DNA of 64,000 nt from Spirochaetia bacterium (lineage in GTDB: Bacteria; Spirochaetota; Spirochaetia; SZUA-6; Bin103), in the NCBI GenBank assembly GCA_965203905.1, contig CBDBDQ010000005.1, forward strand, positions 5,248,001 through 5,312,000, written 5' to 3'. Positions within the stretch are counted from its first letter, which is position 1; each line of letters starts with the position of its first letter. Positions 30,396 to 40,904 of the stretch are shown piece by piece. The position numbers and the translations under genes are program-made. The notes under the pieces were generated by a model, which made no database searches, was not told the DNA's origin, and was given only the letters and a program-made list of their open reading frames with translations.

Positions 30396-31211
30396 ATGGG
30401 CACGAGCCGGGAGATCGACTTCGACCTGAAGCTCGCCGAGTACCGGATCAACGGCTACGCCGTGTTCGAGGAGATGCTTCCGCTGGAGACCGTCGACCGG
30501 CTGTATGCGGCGTTCCTGCCGTTGCTGGAGCACGTGCGGCAGCGTGACACCGAGGTCTCGCGGGTGGAACGCGGCGACGTCCGCACCGGCCTGGGCCGGC
30601 TGCAGACCACCAGCCGCTACACGCTGACCGTTCCCTGGGTCGCACCCTTTTCCGCTCCGGAGATCTTCGCGCACCCGGTGATGCTGGAGTTCATCGAGCG
30701 TTACTGGGGCGACGCCGAGTTCATCCTCACCTGCTACCACTCCAACACGCCGTACCCCGGCAGCGAGTACCAGCCGTGGCACCGCGACACCCGCCTGGCA
30801 CAGGAGATACCTCACGTCGGCCTGGAGACCTGCCCGACCCTGTCGATCAAGTTTCCCCTGGTCGACACGTCGGAAGAAAATGGCAGCTTCGAGCTGCTGC
30901 CGTCGACGCAGTACCTCGCCGATCCCAACCTGGAGACGCGCTACGACGACCTGCTGCGGCGCGGCCGGTTCCCCTCCGTCCAGCGCCTCAACCTGAAGCG
31001 CGGCACCATGTGGGTGCAGGACGTCCGCACCCTGCATCGGGGCACGCCCAACCGTTCCGCGGGGCCGCGGCCGGAGCTGTGCCTGTGCTACTGCCGCGAC
31101 TGGTACGCCATCAGCCAGAATGTGGAGATGGCACGGGCCGGCTACGACGCCCTGTCGGCCCGCGGCAAGCGGCTGCTGCAGCGCTGCCGCATCGTCGAGT
31201 GGGACCGGTAA
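30396..31211 (+). CDS. Phytanoyl-CoA dioxygenase (PhyH) family oxygenase
   Basis: [33 protein letters not shown]. Confidence 0.9.
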   Translation: MGTSREIDFDLKLAEYRINGYAVFEEMLPLETVDRLYAAFLPLLEHVRQRDTEVSRVERGDVRTGLGRLQTTSRYTLTVPWVAPFSAPEIFAHPVMLEFIERYWGDAEFILTCYHSNTPYPGSEYQPWHRDTRLAQEIPHVGLETCPTLSIKFPLVDTSEENGSFELLPSTQYLADPNLETRYDDLLRRGRFPSVQRLNLKRGTMWVQDVRTLHRGTPNRSAGPRPELCLCYCRDWYAISQNVEMARAGYDALSARGKRLLQRCRIVEWDR

Positions 31212-31215
31212 GCTG

Positions 31216-31497
31216 ATGGCAATGCACGATCCCCCGCACCCGGGCGGTGTTCTGCGGAGACAGTGGTTCGAGCCCATGGGTGTTTCCATCACCCAGGCAG
31301 CCAGGCATCTCGGTGTTTCCCGTAAGGCGCTTTCCGAGCTTGTCAACGAACACGCCGGGATCAGTCCCGAGATGGCGGTGAGGCTTTCCATTGCGTTGGA
31401 CACCAGTTCCCAGATGTGGATGAACATGCAGTCCAGCTACGATTTGTGGCAGGCGGAGCAGCATAGGAACGACCTCACGGTAGCGTCCCTTGTTTGA
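31216..31497 (+). CDS. higA: HigA family antitoxin (HTH), orphan
   Basis: [49 protein letters not shown]. Confidence 0.88.
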   Translation: MAMHDPPHPGGVLRRQWFEPMGVSITQAARHLGVSRKALSELVNEHAGISPEMAVRLSIALDTSSQMWMNMQSSYDLWQAEQHRNDLTVASLV

Positions 31498-31544
31498 ACA
31501 ACCCCTAACGACTGAAGAACAGATGGTTCAGGTGACCAGGAGTA

Positions 31545-31575
31545 GGGGAGGCGGAAGATTCATCCCGCCTCCCCC
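31545..31575. terminator. GC-rich hairpin between the convergent higA and SBP genes
   Basis: ggggaggcgg / ccgcctcccc inverted repeat. Confidence 0.55.
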
Positions 31576-31639
31576 TTGCTGCTGACAATCAAGCTCATGT
31601 CGAGCAATTGCCAAGGCCTTCGTGCAGTGACCCCGCCGC

Positions 31640-33376
31640 CTAATATCCCATCTGTTTTTTCAGGTCCTGATCGAGCCACCAGTTGTGGTAGTCAGGGCTA
31701 TGAATATGGTACCAGGTCTCACCAACGAAATTCTGAACCCACGGCCACCAGTAGATCATGATGGGGGGAAGAGCCATGGGGATAGCGGGAACATCCTCCG
31801 TGATGCGTACGAAAGCTTCCTCCATCATCTGGATTCGCCTGGCGTCGTCAATCTCCGAGACTGCCTCGCTTAACCGCGAGTCGACGTATTCGTTGCCATA
31901 ACCTGGCCAGTTTCTGGTACCCTTGGTACCGTAATGGATGTTCGCGAACAGAATCGGAGTGTGGGTGACGGCGATCTCCAGAAAGGTGTCCTCGTAATCC
32001 TGCTTGGGCCCTCTGCTACGGACTACGGAGACGTCACCCGTCTCTATTTCGACCTCGATGCCATAATCCGCCCAGTTGGCGGCCAGCAGTTGCGCAATGT
32101 CAGGGAGTTGCCAGCGAGTGGAAGTGAGCATCTTGATTTGGAAGCCATTGGGGTAACCGGCATCCGCCAGCATCTGCTTCGCCTTCTCCGGGTCATACGT
32201 ATACAACTCCTGGGCTGACGCGGGCAGGTCTTCTATTGGGACCCAGCCTTCCCAGCCTGTCCCCATCGGCCACATGTGATACACCGGGTCCTGTTCCATC
32301 ACCATTTCACTTACGGCTGCCCGATTCGTGCCGATGAACAATGCACGCCTGACGTTGATGTCATCGAACGGCGGCTGGTCGAGCTTCAAGGCTACGGTAG
32401 CTGCAAGACCCCATCGAAAGGAGTGTTTCATCAACTCGGGATTGGTTTTGTCCAACGAGGCCACGTGCGGCATATGCATCTGCAGGAAGGCATCAAGGGT
32501 CGCGGTCCGCAGAGCGGCTACTACGGTGGCTTCGTCCTTGATCAGGGGTATGGTCATCTCGTCCAAGAACGGTGTGTCATATTCTTTGCCATCAATCGGC
32601 GCTTTCTGCCAGTAATGAGGATTCTTGGCGTAGCCAATATGCGAACCCGGGACGTAATCCTTGATGTAGAATGGTCCGGTTCCGACCACGTTCTCCCACT
32701 TGTCAGGACCGGCTTGTACGGTTTCGGGGGCGCACTGCTGACCGCCTCCACCCTGAAGGATTCCATCCCAATCGGCATGAAAATAATTGGTCTCGATTAC
32801 GACCGTGTATTTGTCCTTGGCGTAGATGTGCTCCTCATACGGCTCCTTGACCCATTCAATACCTCGAAAATAGCTGCCCTGGGGCGCGTCTGGTGCCAAC
32901 CGCCGGGTCAGGTTGAATACGTAATCTTCGGCAGTGTATTCTCGCCTTTCATCCATTACGGGATTTATGCTCAGACCCGACCAGTAAACACCCTTTCGGA
33001 AGTTGAATACTACCGCATCCGGGGTAATATCCCAAGATTCGACCAAGCCGCCTTTCTTGTACTTCAGAGGGAGTCCGTAGTCATTCGAAAACGTGAATTC
33101 GCCGGTGCCTCTTACCCCGTACTGGTACACGTCTCCCACGTGAATCTTCTCACAGACGTGGTTGATCCAATATACCACGGGTCCGCTTCCGTAGGCTCGG
33201 TCAGGATTTCCCAGTTTGTCCGTGGGAGCATTGATCACGGTAACCGAACCACCGTATTGGGGCTCTCCCGGCGCTGCGGCCGCTTCTACCTGTACTTCGC
33301 TTCCTCCAGTAGCATATAAGGGCAAGCTAACAAGCGCGAAACCTGCTACCAGCAAAGCCAACCATTTAGTCTTCAT
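31640..33376 (-). CDS. ABC transporter substrate-binding protein, family 5
   Basis: PQYGG, VGTGPF, PFDDINVRRAL; paralog of 7870..9612. Confidence 0.92.
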   Translation of the reverse strand: MKTKWLALLVAGFALVSLPLYATGGSEVQVEAAAAPGEPQYGGSVTVINAPTDKLGNPDRAYGSGPVVYWINHVCEKIHVGDVYQYGVRGTGEFTFSNDYGLPLKYKKGGLVESWDITPDAVVFNFRKGVYWSGLSINPVMDERREYTAEDYVFNLTRRLAPDAPQGSYFRGIEWVKEPYEEHIYAKDKYTVVIETNYFHADWDGILQGGGGQQCAPETVQAGPDKWENVVGTGPFYIKDYVPGSHIGYAKNPHYWQKAPIDGKEYDTPFLDEMTIPLIKDEATVVAALRTATLDAFLQMHMPHVASLDKTNPELMKHSFRWGLAATVALKLDQPPFDDINVRRALFIGTNRAAVSEMVMEQDPVYHMWPMGTGWEGWVPIEDLPASAQELYTYDPEKAKQMLADAGYPNGFQIKMLTSTRWQLPDIAQLLAANWADYGIEVEIETGDVSVVRSRGPKQDYEDTFLEIAVTHTPILFANIHYGTKGTRNWPGYGNEYVDSRLSEAVSEIDDARRIQMMEEAFVRITEDVPAIPMALPPIMIYWWPWVQNFVGETWYHIHSPDYHNWWLDQDLKKQMGY

Positions 33377-33434
33377 TTCTTTCCTCCTGGTTGATCGATA
33401 AATGAAACCTTGTTGTCATTGTATCTTTATCATC

Positions 33435-34430
33435 CTATGGGCCTCCTTCAGCTAAAGATTGTCGCTCGTCGCGGCGCCATGCCCGGCCCTGGGCTCGCTT
33501 CTTTTTCAGAGCAGTCTTCCCTAGTTTCAGGCCATAGCGCCCGCCGCCGCTGCTCAACCTCGGATCCAATATGTCTCTGGCAGCATCGCCATACATGTTT
33601 ATCCCGTAGACCACGATCGCCAGGGCCAGTCCGGGCCATATCACCATCCATGGCGCCGACAGCATATAAGGCCGGGCCATGGAGCCAAGCATACCTCCCC
33701 AACTGGGTGTCGGCGGGGGTATGCCAAAGCCGAGAAAGCTCAAGCTTGCCTCCGTTACGATTACCGCCGGCACCCGCAGGCTGAAAAGGATAATTACGGG
33801 CGCCATGATATTGGGCAGGATATGTCGCGTAAGGATTCTGCTGGTGGGACAGCCGACAGCTGTCGCTGCCGCCACGTATACGTTGTTCTTGATGCCTATC
33901 ACGGCACTCCTTATGATCCTCGAGCTGGAAATACCGAATAGCACTCCCAGAGTGAGGATTACTGACCACATACCCGGTCCAATCATGGAGATTACGACCA
34001 TTAGCAGAACCAAGCCGGGCAAACACATGACGCCATCAACGAAGCGCTGCACAAGCAAGTCAAAGCGGCCACCGATATACGCGCTCAGGGTACCTATAAG
34101 GATGGCGATGAGCGTGCCAATCGCAGAACCGGCCAGACCGACGATCACCGAGACCCGAGCGCCGTAGATGACACGACTGAGCATGTCTCGCCCGAGCTGA
34201 TCGGTGCCCAGCCAGAACTGCGCGGACGGCGGTGCCAGGAAAAACCCCGTGTTGGCCTCGTTCATTCCAAAAGGAGCTAGGAAATCGGCAAAAATTCCGG
34301 TGAAGAGCAGCACCAGGCTGATGACCGCCCCGAAGGTGCCCAGCGGCTTCTCGGTGACCAGCCTGAGCACGAAGTCAACCGGCCTGGAGTGTCTCTTCTT
34401 GTTTGCCTGCACTGTCGCTCGTACTCTCAT
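33435..34430 (-). CDS. Peptide/nickel ABC permease (DppC-like)
   Basis: LGTDQLGRDMLSRVIYGARVS; EASLSFLGFG. Confidence 0.92.
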   Translation of the reverse strand: MRVRATVQANKKRHSRPVDFVLRLVTEKPLGTFGAVISLVLLFTGIFADFLAPFGMNEANTGFFLAPPSAQFWLGTDQLGRDMLSRVIYGARVSVIVGLAGSAIGTLIAILIGTLSAYIGGRFDLLVQRFVDGVMCLPGLVLLMVVISMIGPGMWSVILTLGVLFGISSSRIIRSAVIGIKNNVYVAAATAVGCPTSRILTRHILPNIMAPVIILFSLRVPAVIVTEASLSFLGFGIPPPTPSWGGMLGSMARPYMLSAPWMVIWPGLALAIVVYGINMYGDAARDILDPRLSSGGGRYGLKLGKTALKKKRAQGRAWRRDERQSLAEGGP

Positions 34431-35425
34431 TTTTTGGCTTCTTCATGAGTCCGGGGGTCCAGAAAGGTGTAGGTCAGGTCCACGACTATATTGATGAGCA
34501 CCAGTCCTACGCCAAAAAACAGCATGGCGCCGCTGAGCACGGGGTAGTCGCGCTGGCTGGTGGCATCCACTATCAGCGAGCCCATCCCGGGCAGCGCGAA
34601 TATGGTCTCTATGATAACCGTGCCCCCAATCATAACCGGCAACTGAAGTCCGATAATGGTAACCACTGGAATCAGCGCATTCTTGAGCGTGTGGCGGAGC
34701 ACCACCACCTTCTCCCTGAGCCCCTTTGCCCAGGCTGTCCTGACATAGTCCTGGCGCAACACTTCCAGCATCATGGTACGGGTCATGCGCATGGTCATGC
34801 CCGCCATTTCCATGCCCAGGACAGCAGCCGGGACGATGTACATTCTCAGATGACGTAGTGGATCCTCAAGAAACGAGACGAACATTATTGGTGGCATGTA
34901 GCCCCACCATATAGCGGGGAAGACCATCACCATCGTCGCTATCCAGAAACTGGGGACGGCGATAAAAATTATGGCAAAGCTACGGCCAATAAGGTCACCC
35001 CAGCTATCCTGCCGTAATGCTGAATATATCCCTATTGGCAATGCGATAATTTGGGCGATCAGGATGCCCATGAGACCAAGCTCAATGGTAACCGGCCACC
35101 TTCTCGCGATTTCTTCGACGACGGTGTAGGGTGACCAAAATGACTTCCCGAGGTCGCCTTGAAAGATGCCGCTGAATCTGCCATCGTCCTGGGGAAGAAT
35201 CCCGAACCAGCGTCCATATTGTTGCAGGATCGGGACATCCAGGCCGAGCATGTGCTCAATCTGATCTCGTGCCGAGTCGATGTCAACGCCCTGCAGGGCC
35301 AGCTCTACTGCCATCGCGTCTACGGCGTCGCCGGGAACCAGCCGTACCAACAGGAATACTATGAGGGTGACGAGAAAAAGGGTGGGTACGGCTAATAGTA
35401 GTCGTCTGATGATATAGGCACGCAT
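34427..35425 (-). CDS. Peptide/nickel ABC permease (DppB-like)
   Basis: MRAYIIRRLL; QDYVRTAWAKGL. Confidence 0.92.
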   Translation of the reverse strand: MRAYIIRRLLLAVPTLFLVTLIVFLLVRLVPGDAVDAMAVELALQGVDIDSARDQIEHMLGLDVPILQQYGRWFGILPQDDGRFSGIFQGDLGKSFWSPYTVVEEIARRWPVTIELGLMGILIAQIIALPIGIYSALRQDSWGDLIGRSFAIIFIAVPSFWIATMVMVFPAIWWGYMPPIMFVSFLEDPLRHLRMYIVPAAVLGMEMAGMTMRMTRTMMLEVLRQDYVRTAWAKGLREKVVVLRHTLKNALIPVVTIIGLQLPVMIGGTVIIETIFALPGMGSLIVDATSQRDYPVLSGAMLFFGVGLVLINIVVDLTYTFLDPRTHEEAKK

Positions 35426-35695
35426 GTTGTCAAAAGATCACGCTTGCAGGCCCAAGACTAGAGCATTTCACAGTAGCAGAACCATCGATTCAAACAGGCC
35501 CGCGAGAAAAACAGAGTGCTGACTGTTCTGTCAGCACTGCTGGCCGCAAGATGGCAGTCCAACGCGCGGCTAGAACCCGAGGATGCCCATAAACGCACAG
35601 TTTAGCATACGCGGAACCGCTGTCAACCGCGCGAATCCGACCCGGTGACCCGGTGCCGCCGGCGGCCCGCGCCCGTCGTCGCTGCCCGATTCCTA

Positions 35696-36808
35696 TCACC
35701 GTCGGTACGGATCTGCAGCGTCGCGCAGTCCGTCCCCGACGAAATTGAACGACAGTACCGTGAGGATCACGAACAGCCCCGGTATGAGGAGCCAGGGGGC
35801 CAGAGCGAGGGCGTGGACGTTCTGCGCCTCACTTAACAACACTCCCCAACTGACTACCGGTGGTCGCAATCCGAGCCCGAGAAAACTCAACGCCGTCTCC
35901 GCCAGGATCATCTCCGGCACCGCCAGGGTCAGCGCGACAATGATGTAGCTCAAGATGCCGGGGAGCAGGTGACGCGCGATGATCGCCGTGTCTTTGGCGC
36001 CGGCGATCCGGCCTGCCATGATATAGTCCTCCTTGCGCAAGGACAGGGACATGCCTCTGACCACGCGTGCGATCCGGGTCCAGCCGACCACCGAGAGAAC
36101 GATGGTGATACCGAAATAGACCCGCAGCGGCGGCCACCGGGGAGGTACCGCCGCCGCCAGCGCCATCCACAATGGGAGCGTTGGGACCGAGCGCATGAAC
36201 TCGATCAGGCGCTGGAGAAGATCGTCGATCCGCCCGCCGAAATACCCGGAGATACCGCCCACGGCCAGGCCGATGACGAAGCTGAGCAGCACGCCGACCA
36301 GACCGATCGAGAGGGAAATCCGGGAGCCATACACCACGCGGCTGAACATGTCCCGCCCGAGGCCGTCCGTGCCGAACAGGAATATGGTTCCGTCCCTGGT
36401 CCCGAACAGGCGCACGGCACTGTCGAACTGGCCCCACAGTTCATACTCCGAACCGCGTACGAAGAAGTACACGGGATGCTTCTTGCTGAGATCCGGCGTG
36501 TAGGTCTTTCTGAAGGTAACCGGATCCCGGGTGAGCTGTAGCCCATACACGAAAGGTCGCAGGTGGAATCCGTTCTCGTCGATGAAGCGGATCCGCTGGG
36601 GCGGTGCAGAAAGGTGATCGCGATGGCGTTCTGCTACCGTGTAAGGCGCAATGAACTCGGCGAAGATCGCCCCAAGGTAGAGAACGATAACAACCGTTCC
36701 GCCGACTTGGGCCAGCACGTGGCGGCGTAGCCGCAGCCACGTGAGTCGGAAATGCGAGGCCAGGTAATACTGCTCTGCGGCGGTGGTCTTTGGCCTAGCG
36801 CCGGACAT
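35696..36808 (-). CDS. Peptide ABC permease (DppC-like)
   Basis: Start MSGARPK overlaps the upstream stop; FGTDGLGRDMFSR; ETALSFLGLG. Confidence 0.9.
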   Translation of the reverse strand: MSGARPKTTAAEQYYLASHFRLTWLRLRRHVLAQVGGTVVIVLYLGAIFAEFIAPYTVAERHRDHLSAPPQRIRFIDENGFHLRPFVYGLQLTRDPVTFRKTYTPDLSKKHPVYFFVRGSEYELWGQFDSAVRLFGTRDGTIFLFGTDGLGRDMFSRVVYGSRISLSIGLVGVLLSFVIGLAVGGISGYFGGRIDDLLQRLIEFMRSVPTLPLWMALAAAVPPRWPPLRVYFGITIVLSVVGWTRIARVVRGMSLSLRKEDYIMAGRIAGAKDTAIIARHLLPGILSYIIVALTLAVPEMILAETALSFLGLGLRPPVVSWGVLLSEAQNVHALALAPWLLIPGLFVILTVLSFNFVGDGLRDAADPYRR

Positions 36809-37806
36809 CAGTCGCCTTCCATCCGGATTCGAGGATCCAACAGTGCCAGCAATATGTCGGAGATAAAGGTGCCTACGATGGTGAGCACCGAGAGCAACAA
36901 TATGAAAGAACCGGCGAGAAACATGTCCTGACTGAGCAACGATCGCAACAGAATCGGACCGGTCGTCGGGAGGCTCAGCACGACCGCCACGATCGGCGCG
37001 CCGGAGATGACCATGGTGAGGCTCCAGCCCAACGTGCTGACGATCGGGTTCAATGCAATGCGCACCGGATACTTGAAGATGAGATTGCGTTCGCTCAGGC
37101 CCTTGGCGCGGGCGGTAACCACATACTGCTTGCCCAACTCGTCGAGCAGCATCGCCCTCGTGATGCGGATCTGTTCCGCGGTTCCCGCGGTTCCCAATAC
37201 GATTACCGGAATCCACAGGTGAGCAAGGAGGTCGCCAACTTTCGCGATGCTCCAGGGAGCCTCCAGGTATTGCGGCGAGAACAGCCCACCGACACTTGCT
37301 CCAAAATATCTGAAGCCGATAAACATCAGGATAAGTGCCAGCATGAAGTTCGGGGTCGCCAATCCGGCGTATCCGAGAGCCGTGAAGGCGAAGTCCCCGG
37401 GAGAGTATTGGTGCAGTGCCGAGTAGACCCCGAGGGGGATAGCCACCGCGTAGATGAACAGCGTTGTCATCATCGCCATGATGGTGGTGAGGGCGATTCG
37501 CTCTCCTATCAGCTCGTTCACGGGCCTGTTCCACTCCATCGAAAACCCGAGGTCACCGCGGCTGACGATGTTCCAGACCCATTTCAGGTATTGCGCAGGG
37601 AACGGCCGGTCGAGGCCGTACTGATGGCGCAGCGCTGCGACCTCCTCCGGAGACATGACGTCTTCTCCTCCTCCGGTGTCGCGTTGCGCCTGGATCGTCG
37701 TGATGAAGTCTCCCGGAGGCAGTTGAATCAGGACAAACGCCACGACCGAGACGAACACGAGAGTCGAGACCATGTAGATCAGCCGGCGCATGACGTAACG
37801 TAGCAT
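36808..37806 (-). CDS. Peptide ABC permease (DppB-like)
   Basis: LIQLPPGDF, GDLGFS, QYVVTARAKGL. Confidence 0.92.
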   Translation of the reverse strand: MLRYVMRRLIYMVSTLVFVSVVAFVLIQLPPGDFITTIQAQRDTGGGEDVMSPEEVAALRHQYGLDRPFPAQYLKWVWNIVSRGDLGFSMEWNRPVNELIGERIALTTIMAMMTTLFIYAVAIPLGVYSALHQYSPGDFAFTALGYAGLATPNFMLALILMFIGFRYFGASVGGLFSPQYLEAPWSIAKVGDLLAHLWIPVIVLGTAGTAEQIRITRAMLLDELGKQYVVTARAKGLSERNLIFKYPVRIALNPIVSTLGWSLTMVISGAPIVAVVLSLPTTGPILLRSLLSQDMFLAGSFILLLSVLTIVGTFISDILLALLDPRIRMEGD

Positions 37807-37891
37807 CGACCTACCTGAACGCGTAAAAAGGTAGGGGGACCCCCGCAGCGCGGCAGGCCCCCCGGTTTGTCAGAGCCGGACTACCGGCCGA

Positions 37892-39937
37892 TCAATTCGC
37901 CCAGAACCATGTCTCGGGAGCCGTATTGTAGAACCACGCTCCTTCCGGCCAGTATGCATCGCGCTCGGGGACGTTCATCAAACCGTTTTTTACAATTACC
38001 GGCTGTGGAGCTCGTCCCCCAGCACCGATCTGATACAGATTATTGGTGTTGCGGGTCAGGATTTCCTTGCCCAGCCGTTCTGATTCTGCAGACAGGAGGG
38101 GTGTCACTTGCCACTGGTCGATCATGTTCTGCAGCTCTTTGATCTCCGCGGGCGGCTCTTCGCCACTTGCCCCACCGGTCGTTTTCCAAAGGAACCATGC
38201 CGGAGCCCAGTGCCTGTGTGGCTGCAGTTCGGCCATCGCGTGTGATACCCATCCGCGTGGGAAGTCACCTTCGTCATAGTGATGGCCACCCATCTCGAAC
38301 TCGTTGTTTATGTGCATCAGATAGTTGTTCTCCCTGGTGACCTCCTTGAGAATCATCTCGATGCCAATGTCTTCCAGGTACGTCTTCGTGAGCTCGGCGA
38401 TCGGCCACTTCGGCCCCTCCTGGCGGAAGTTTATGTAGAGAACACTCAGACGCTCCCCGTCGGGCCGCAGGCGCCAGTTCCGCTCTGCATCCCACTGCAA
38501 GCCCATCTCGTCCAGCAGCTCGTTGGCTCTGTCCGGGTCGTGCTCAGCCATGTGCTTCACCATCCAGTCTTCGACGTACGGGTTCAAAGATGGTGGCGGT
38601 GTGGCCTGGCCCTGATCCGCCTCGCCGTGGAATACCGCCTTGTTGATGTCGTCCCGGTCGATGGCAAGCGATACCGCTTGTTTGAAGCGAACATCGTTGA
38701 AAATCTCTCTGAGCACGGGATCCTGCGCCGTATGGTTGAAATGGAATACCATCTCCATCCGCGCGGAGTCCCAGAGATGCGCGCGATAATCACCGCGTTC
38801 CTCGTTCTCCTTGTACAGCGGCCAGTCCTGGAGCGTAAGCGCGAAGCTTGAAACGCTGGCTTCACCGGAAATTGTCTTCAATGCCACCACCTCCTGGCTC
38901 TCGACCAGCAGCAGGACGTTTCGGTCCAGGTAGGGGAGCTGCTGTCCTGCGGTATCGACTTTGAAGTAGTACGGATTGCGCTCGTAGAACTTGTTGCCCG
39001 CGTCATCTATGCGGGTCTGCACCCACGGCTCGTGCCAGGCGTAATTGACGTTCGGCGAGGCGTCCTGCTCGGGATTGAACTCAAACAGGAACAGCTTGCT
39101 CCAGTCCTCGAATCCGCGCTCCTTTGCCAGTTCGTTCGCCTTTGAGTTATGCGTGATGTGAAACTGCTTCAAGTAATGTGCCGGTGCCAGGATTGCACCG
39201 TTCTTCCTCCGCAGTCCGATCTGGTCCCCGAACCGGACCATCATGGTGGGATTCGGCGCGGCAAATCGAAACCGAACGGTATAGTCATCCAGCTTGTCGA
39301 CTACCATGACTTCGCCACCGGGTCTGAACTCCGCTCGAACCGTCGGGAAGAGGTCCTCGTTCAACATGATGTCTTGGTACCAGAACACGAAGTCATCCGC
39401 CGTCGTGGGCGCGCCGTCGCTCCACCTGAGCCCCTCTCGGAGATTGATGATCAGCGCTTTGAAGTCGTCCTGCCACTCGGAGCTTTGGGCGATGTTGGGA
39501 ACATCGTAGGTCTGCAGGTCAGGGGACGGCCCGAACAAGTTCTGCATCCGTGTCCACTGGAAATCCGCCGCCGACTCGAACGGAGCGGACATGAAACCGG
39601 TCCAGTCCCCGCCATAGGTGCCGATCCCGTGGAGCGGATCTATGACCACCGGCTCTGCCGGCACCCGCTCTTCGACTGGCGGGAGCTCCCCACTGGCCAC
39701 CCTCGCCGCGAGCGAGGGAGCTTCCGTGTAGGGCGGTAGAGTCCTGCCGGTGGTGCTCTCGAACTCGGTTCGAGTCCCATAAAAGACAAGCTGGCCGGGG
39801 ACGACGACCTCGGCCATCGTGGCTGCACCGGCAACATCAGGCGCCTCTTCGGCTGCCGCGCCGTACGCCGCAACCGATGCGAGCAGCACCAGGATCGTAG
39901 CGAGTCCTGGTACCGTATGTTGTTTGTTCACAACCAT
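37892..39937 (-). CDS. ABC transporter substrate-binding protein, family 5
   Basis: EAPSL..GELPPVEERVP, WSDGAPTTADD, RNPYYFKVD..GQQLPYLD. Confidence 0.92.
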   Translation of the reverse strand: MVVNKQHTVPGLATILVLLASVAAYGAAAEEAPDVAGAATMAEVVVPGQLVFYGTRTEFESTTGRTLPPYTEAPSLAARVASGELPPVEERVPAEPVVIDPLHGIGTYGGDWTGFMSAPFESAADFQWTRMQNLFGPSPDLQTYDVPNIAQSSEWQDDFKALIINLREGLRWSDGAPTTADDFVFWYQDIMLNEDLFPTVRAEFRPGGEVMVVDKLDDYTVRFRFAAPNPTMMVRFGDQIGLRRKNGAILAPAHYLKQFHITHNSKANELAKERGFEDWSKLFLFEFNPEQDASPNVNYAWHEPWVQTRIDDAGNKFYERNPYYFKVDTAGQQLPYLDRNVLLLVESQEVVALKTISGEASVSSFALTLQDWPLYKENEERGDYRAHLWDSARMEMVFHFNHTAQDPVLREIFNDVRFKQAVSLAIDRDDINKAVFHGEADQGQATPPPSLNPYVEDWMVKHMAEHDPDRANELLDEMGLQWDAERNWRLRPDGERLSVLYINFRQEGPKWPIAELTKTYLEDIGIEMILKEVTRENNYLMHINNEFEMGGHHYDEGDFPRGWVSHAMAELQPHRHWAPAWFLWKTTGGASGEEPPAEIKELQNMIDQWQVTPLLSAESERLGKEILTRNTNNLYQIGAGGRAPQPVIVKNGLMNVPERDAYWPEGAWFYNTAPETWFWAN

Positions 39938-40124
39938 ACTGTCCTCCTCACCTTGGATTGATTCAACTGTGCGGGTAACCGCTCAGCAACTCTCGGTGAA
40001 CGGGCGAGTAGCGGTTTATCAGGATGCGCCGGCTGCGTCACCGCTACCCGGTGGCGGCCCGGAGCGTGCTGTTACGCGTATCCGTCCCCGTAACCGCACA
40101 GGCTAACAATGCGCGGCAGCACCG

Positions 40125-40748
40125 TCAACAGAGCGTTGCCGTGCAGCGCTCCCTCCACAGCGTCTCTACCTGGTCGCGCAGGCGATCCAGGCTGCCGCTG
40201 TTGTCGATGACGACGTCGGCGTAGGGGAGCCGTTGCTCCGGCGTGAGCTGGGCCTCGATCACCGCCCGGATGGTGGCTTCGCTCATGCGGCCGCGGGCAC
40301 GCACCCGCTCGATCACCTGCGGCTCCGATGCCGTGACCACCCAGATCTGGTCGAACATCCGCGTCCACTCCGATTCGCTGCGGATCGCCTCGATCAGCAG
40401 CGGCACCTCGGCAACCACGACCTTCGTCCCTTGGCGCTGCAGGCCGGCAATCCGTTCGCTCAGCAGGCGGCGCACCAGCGGATGGACGATCGCATTCAGC
40501 TTGTTGCGGGCGTCTGCGTCGTGGAACACGATCGCGGCGAGCTTCTTGCGGGAGATGCTGCCGTCGTCGTGAAGGATGTTGCGGCCGAACGTGGTCACGA
40601 TCTGGTGCCAGCCCTCGGTTCCCGCCCGGTACACCTGGTGTGCGGCGGTGTCGGAATCGACGACGGCGGCACCCCGTTCCGCCAGCAGGCTCGCCACCAC
40701 CGATTTACCGCTGCCGATTCCCCCGGTGAGGCCGATTACCAGGCTCAC
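40125..40748 (-). CDS. coaE: Dephospho-CoA kinase
   Basis: IGLTGGIGSGKS, LNAIVHPLV, EVPLLIE, ADVVIDNSGS. Confidence 0.92.
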   Translation of the reverse strand: MSLVIGLTGGIGSGKSVVASLLAERGAAVVDSDTAAHQVYRAGTEGWHQIVTTFGRNILHDDGSISRKKLAAIVFHDADARNKLNAIVHPLVRRLLSERIAGLQRQGTKVVVAEVPLLIEAIRSESEWTRMFDQIWVVTASEPQVIERVRARGRMSEATIRAVIEAQLTPEQRLPYADVVIDNSGSLDRLRDQVETLWRERCTATLC

Positions 40749-40904
40749 GGCAGCGGCCACCGGGCGACAGGATGGATCGGCGGCTCCTCGCTCATGGGAT
40801 GGAATCGATGATGGGCGGAGTCGGAAACGGTATGCAAGGACCGGCTCCAAACGTTGACACGCGGCGAGCCGGCAGCTTAGCGTGCCCTCGGCACGGATGG
40901 GCGT

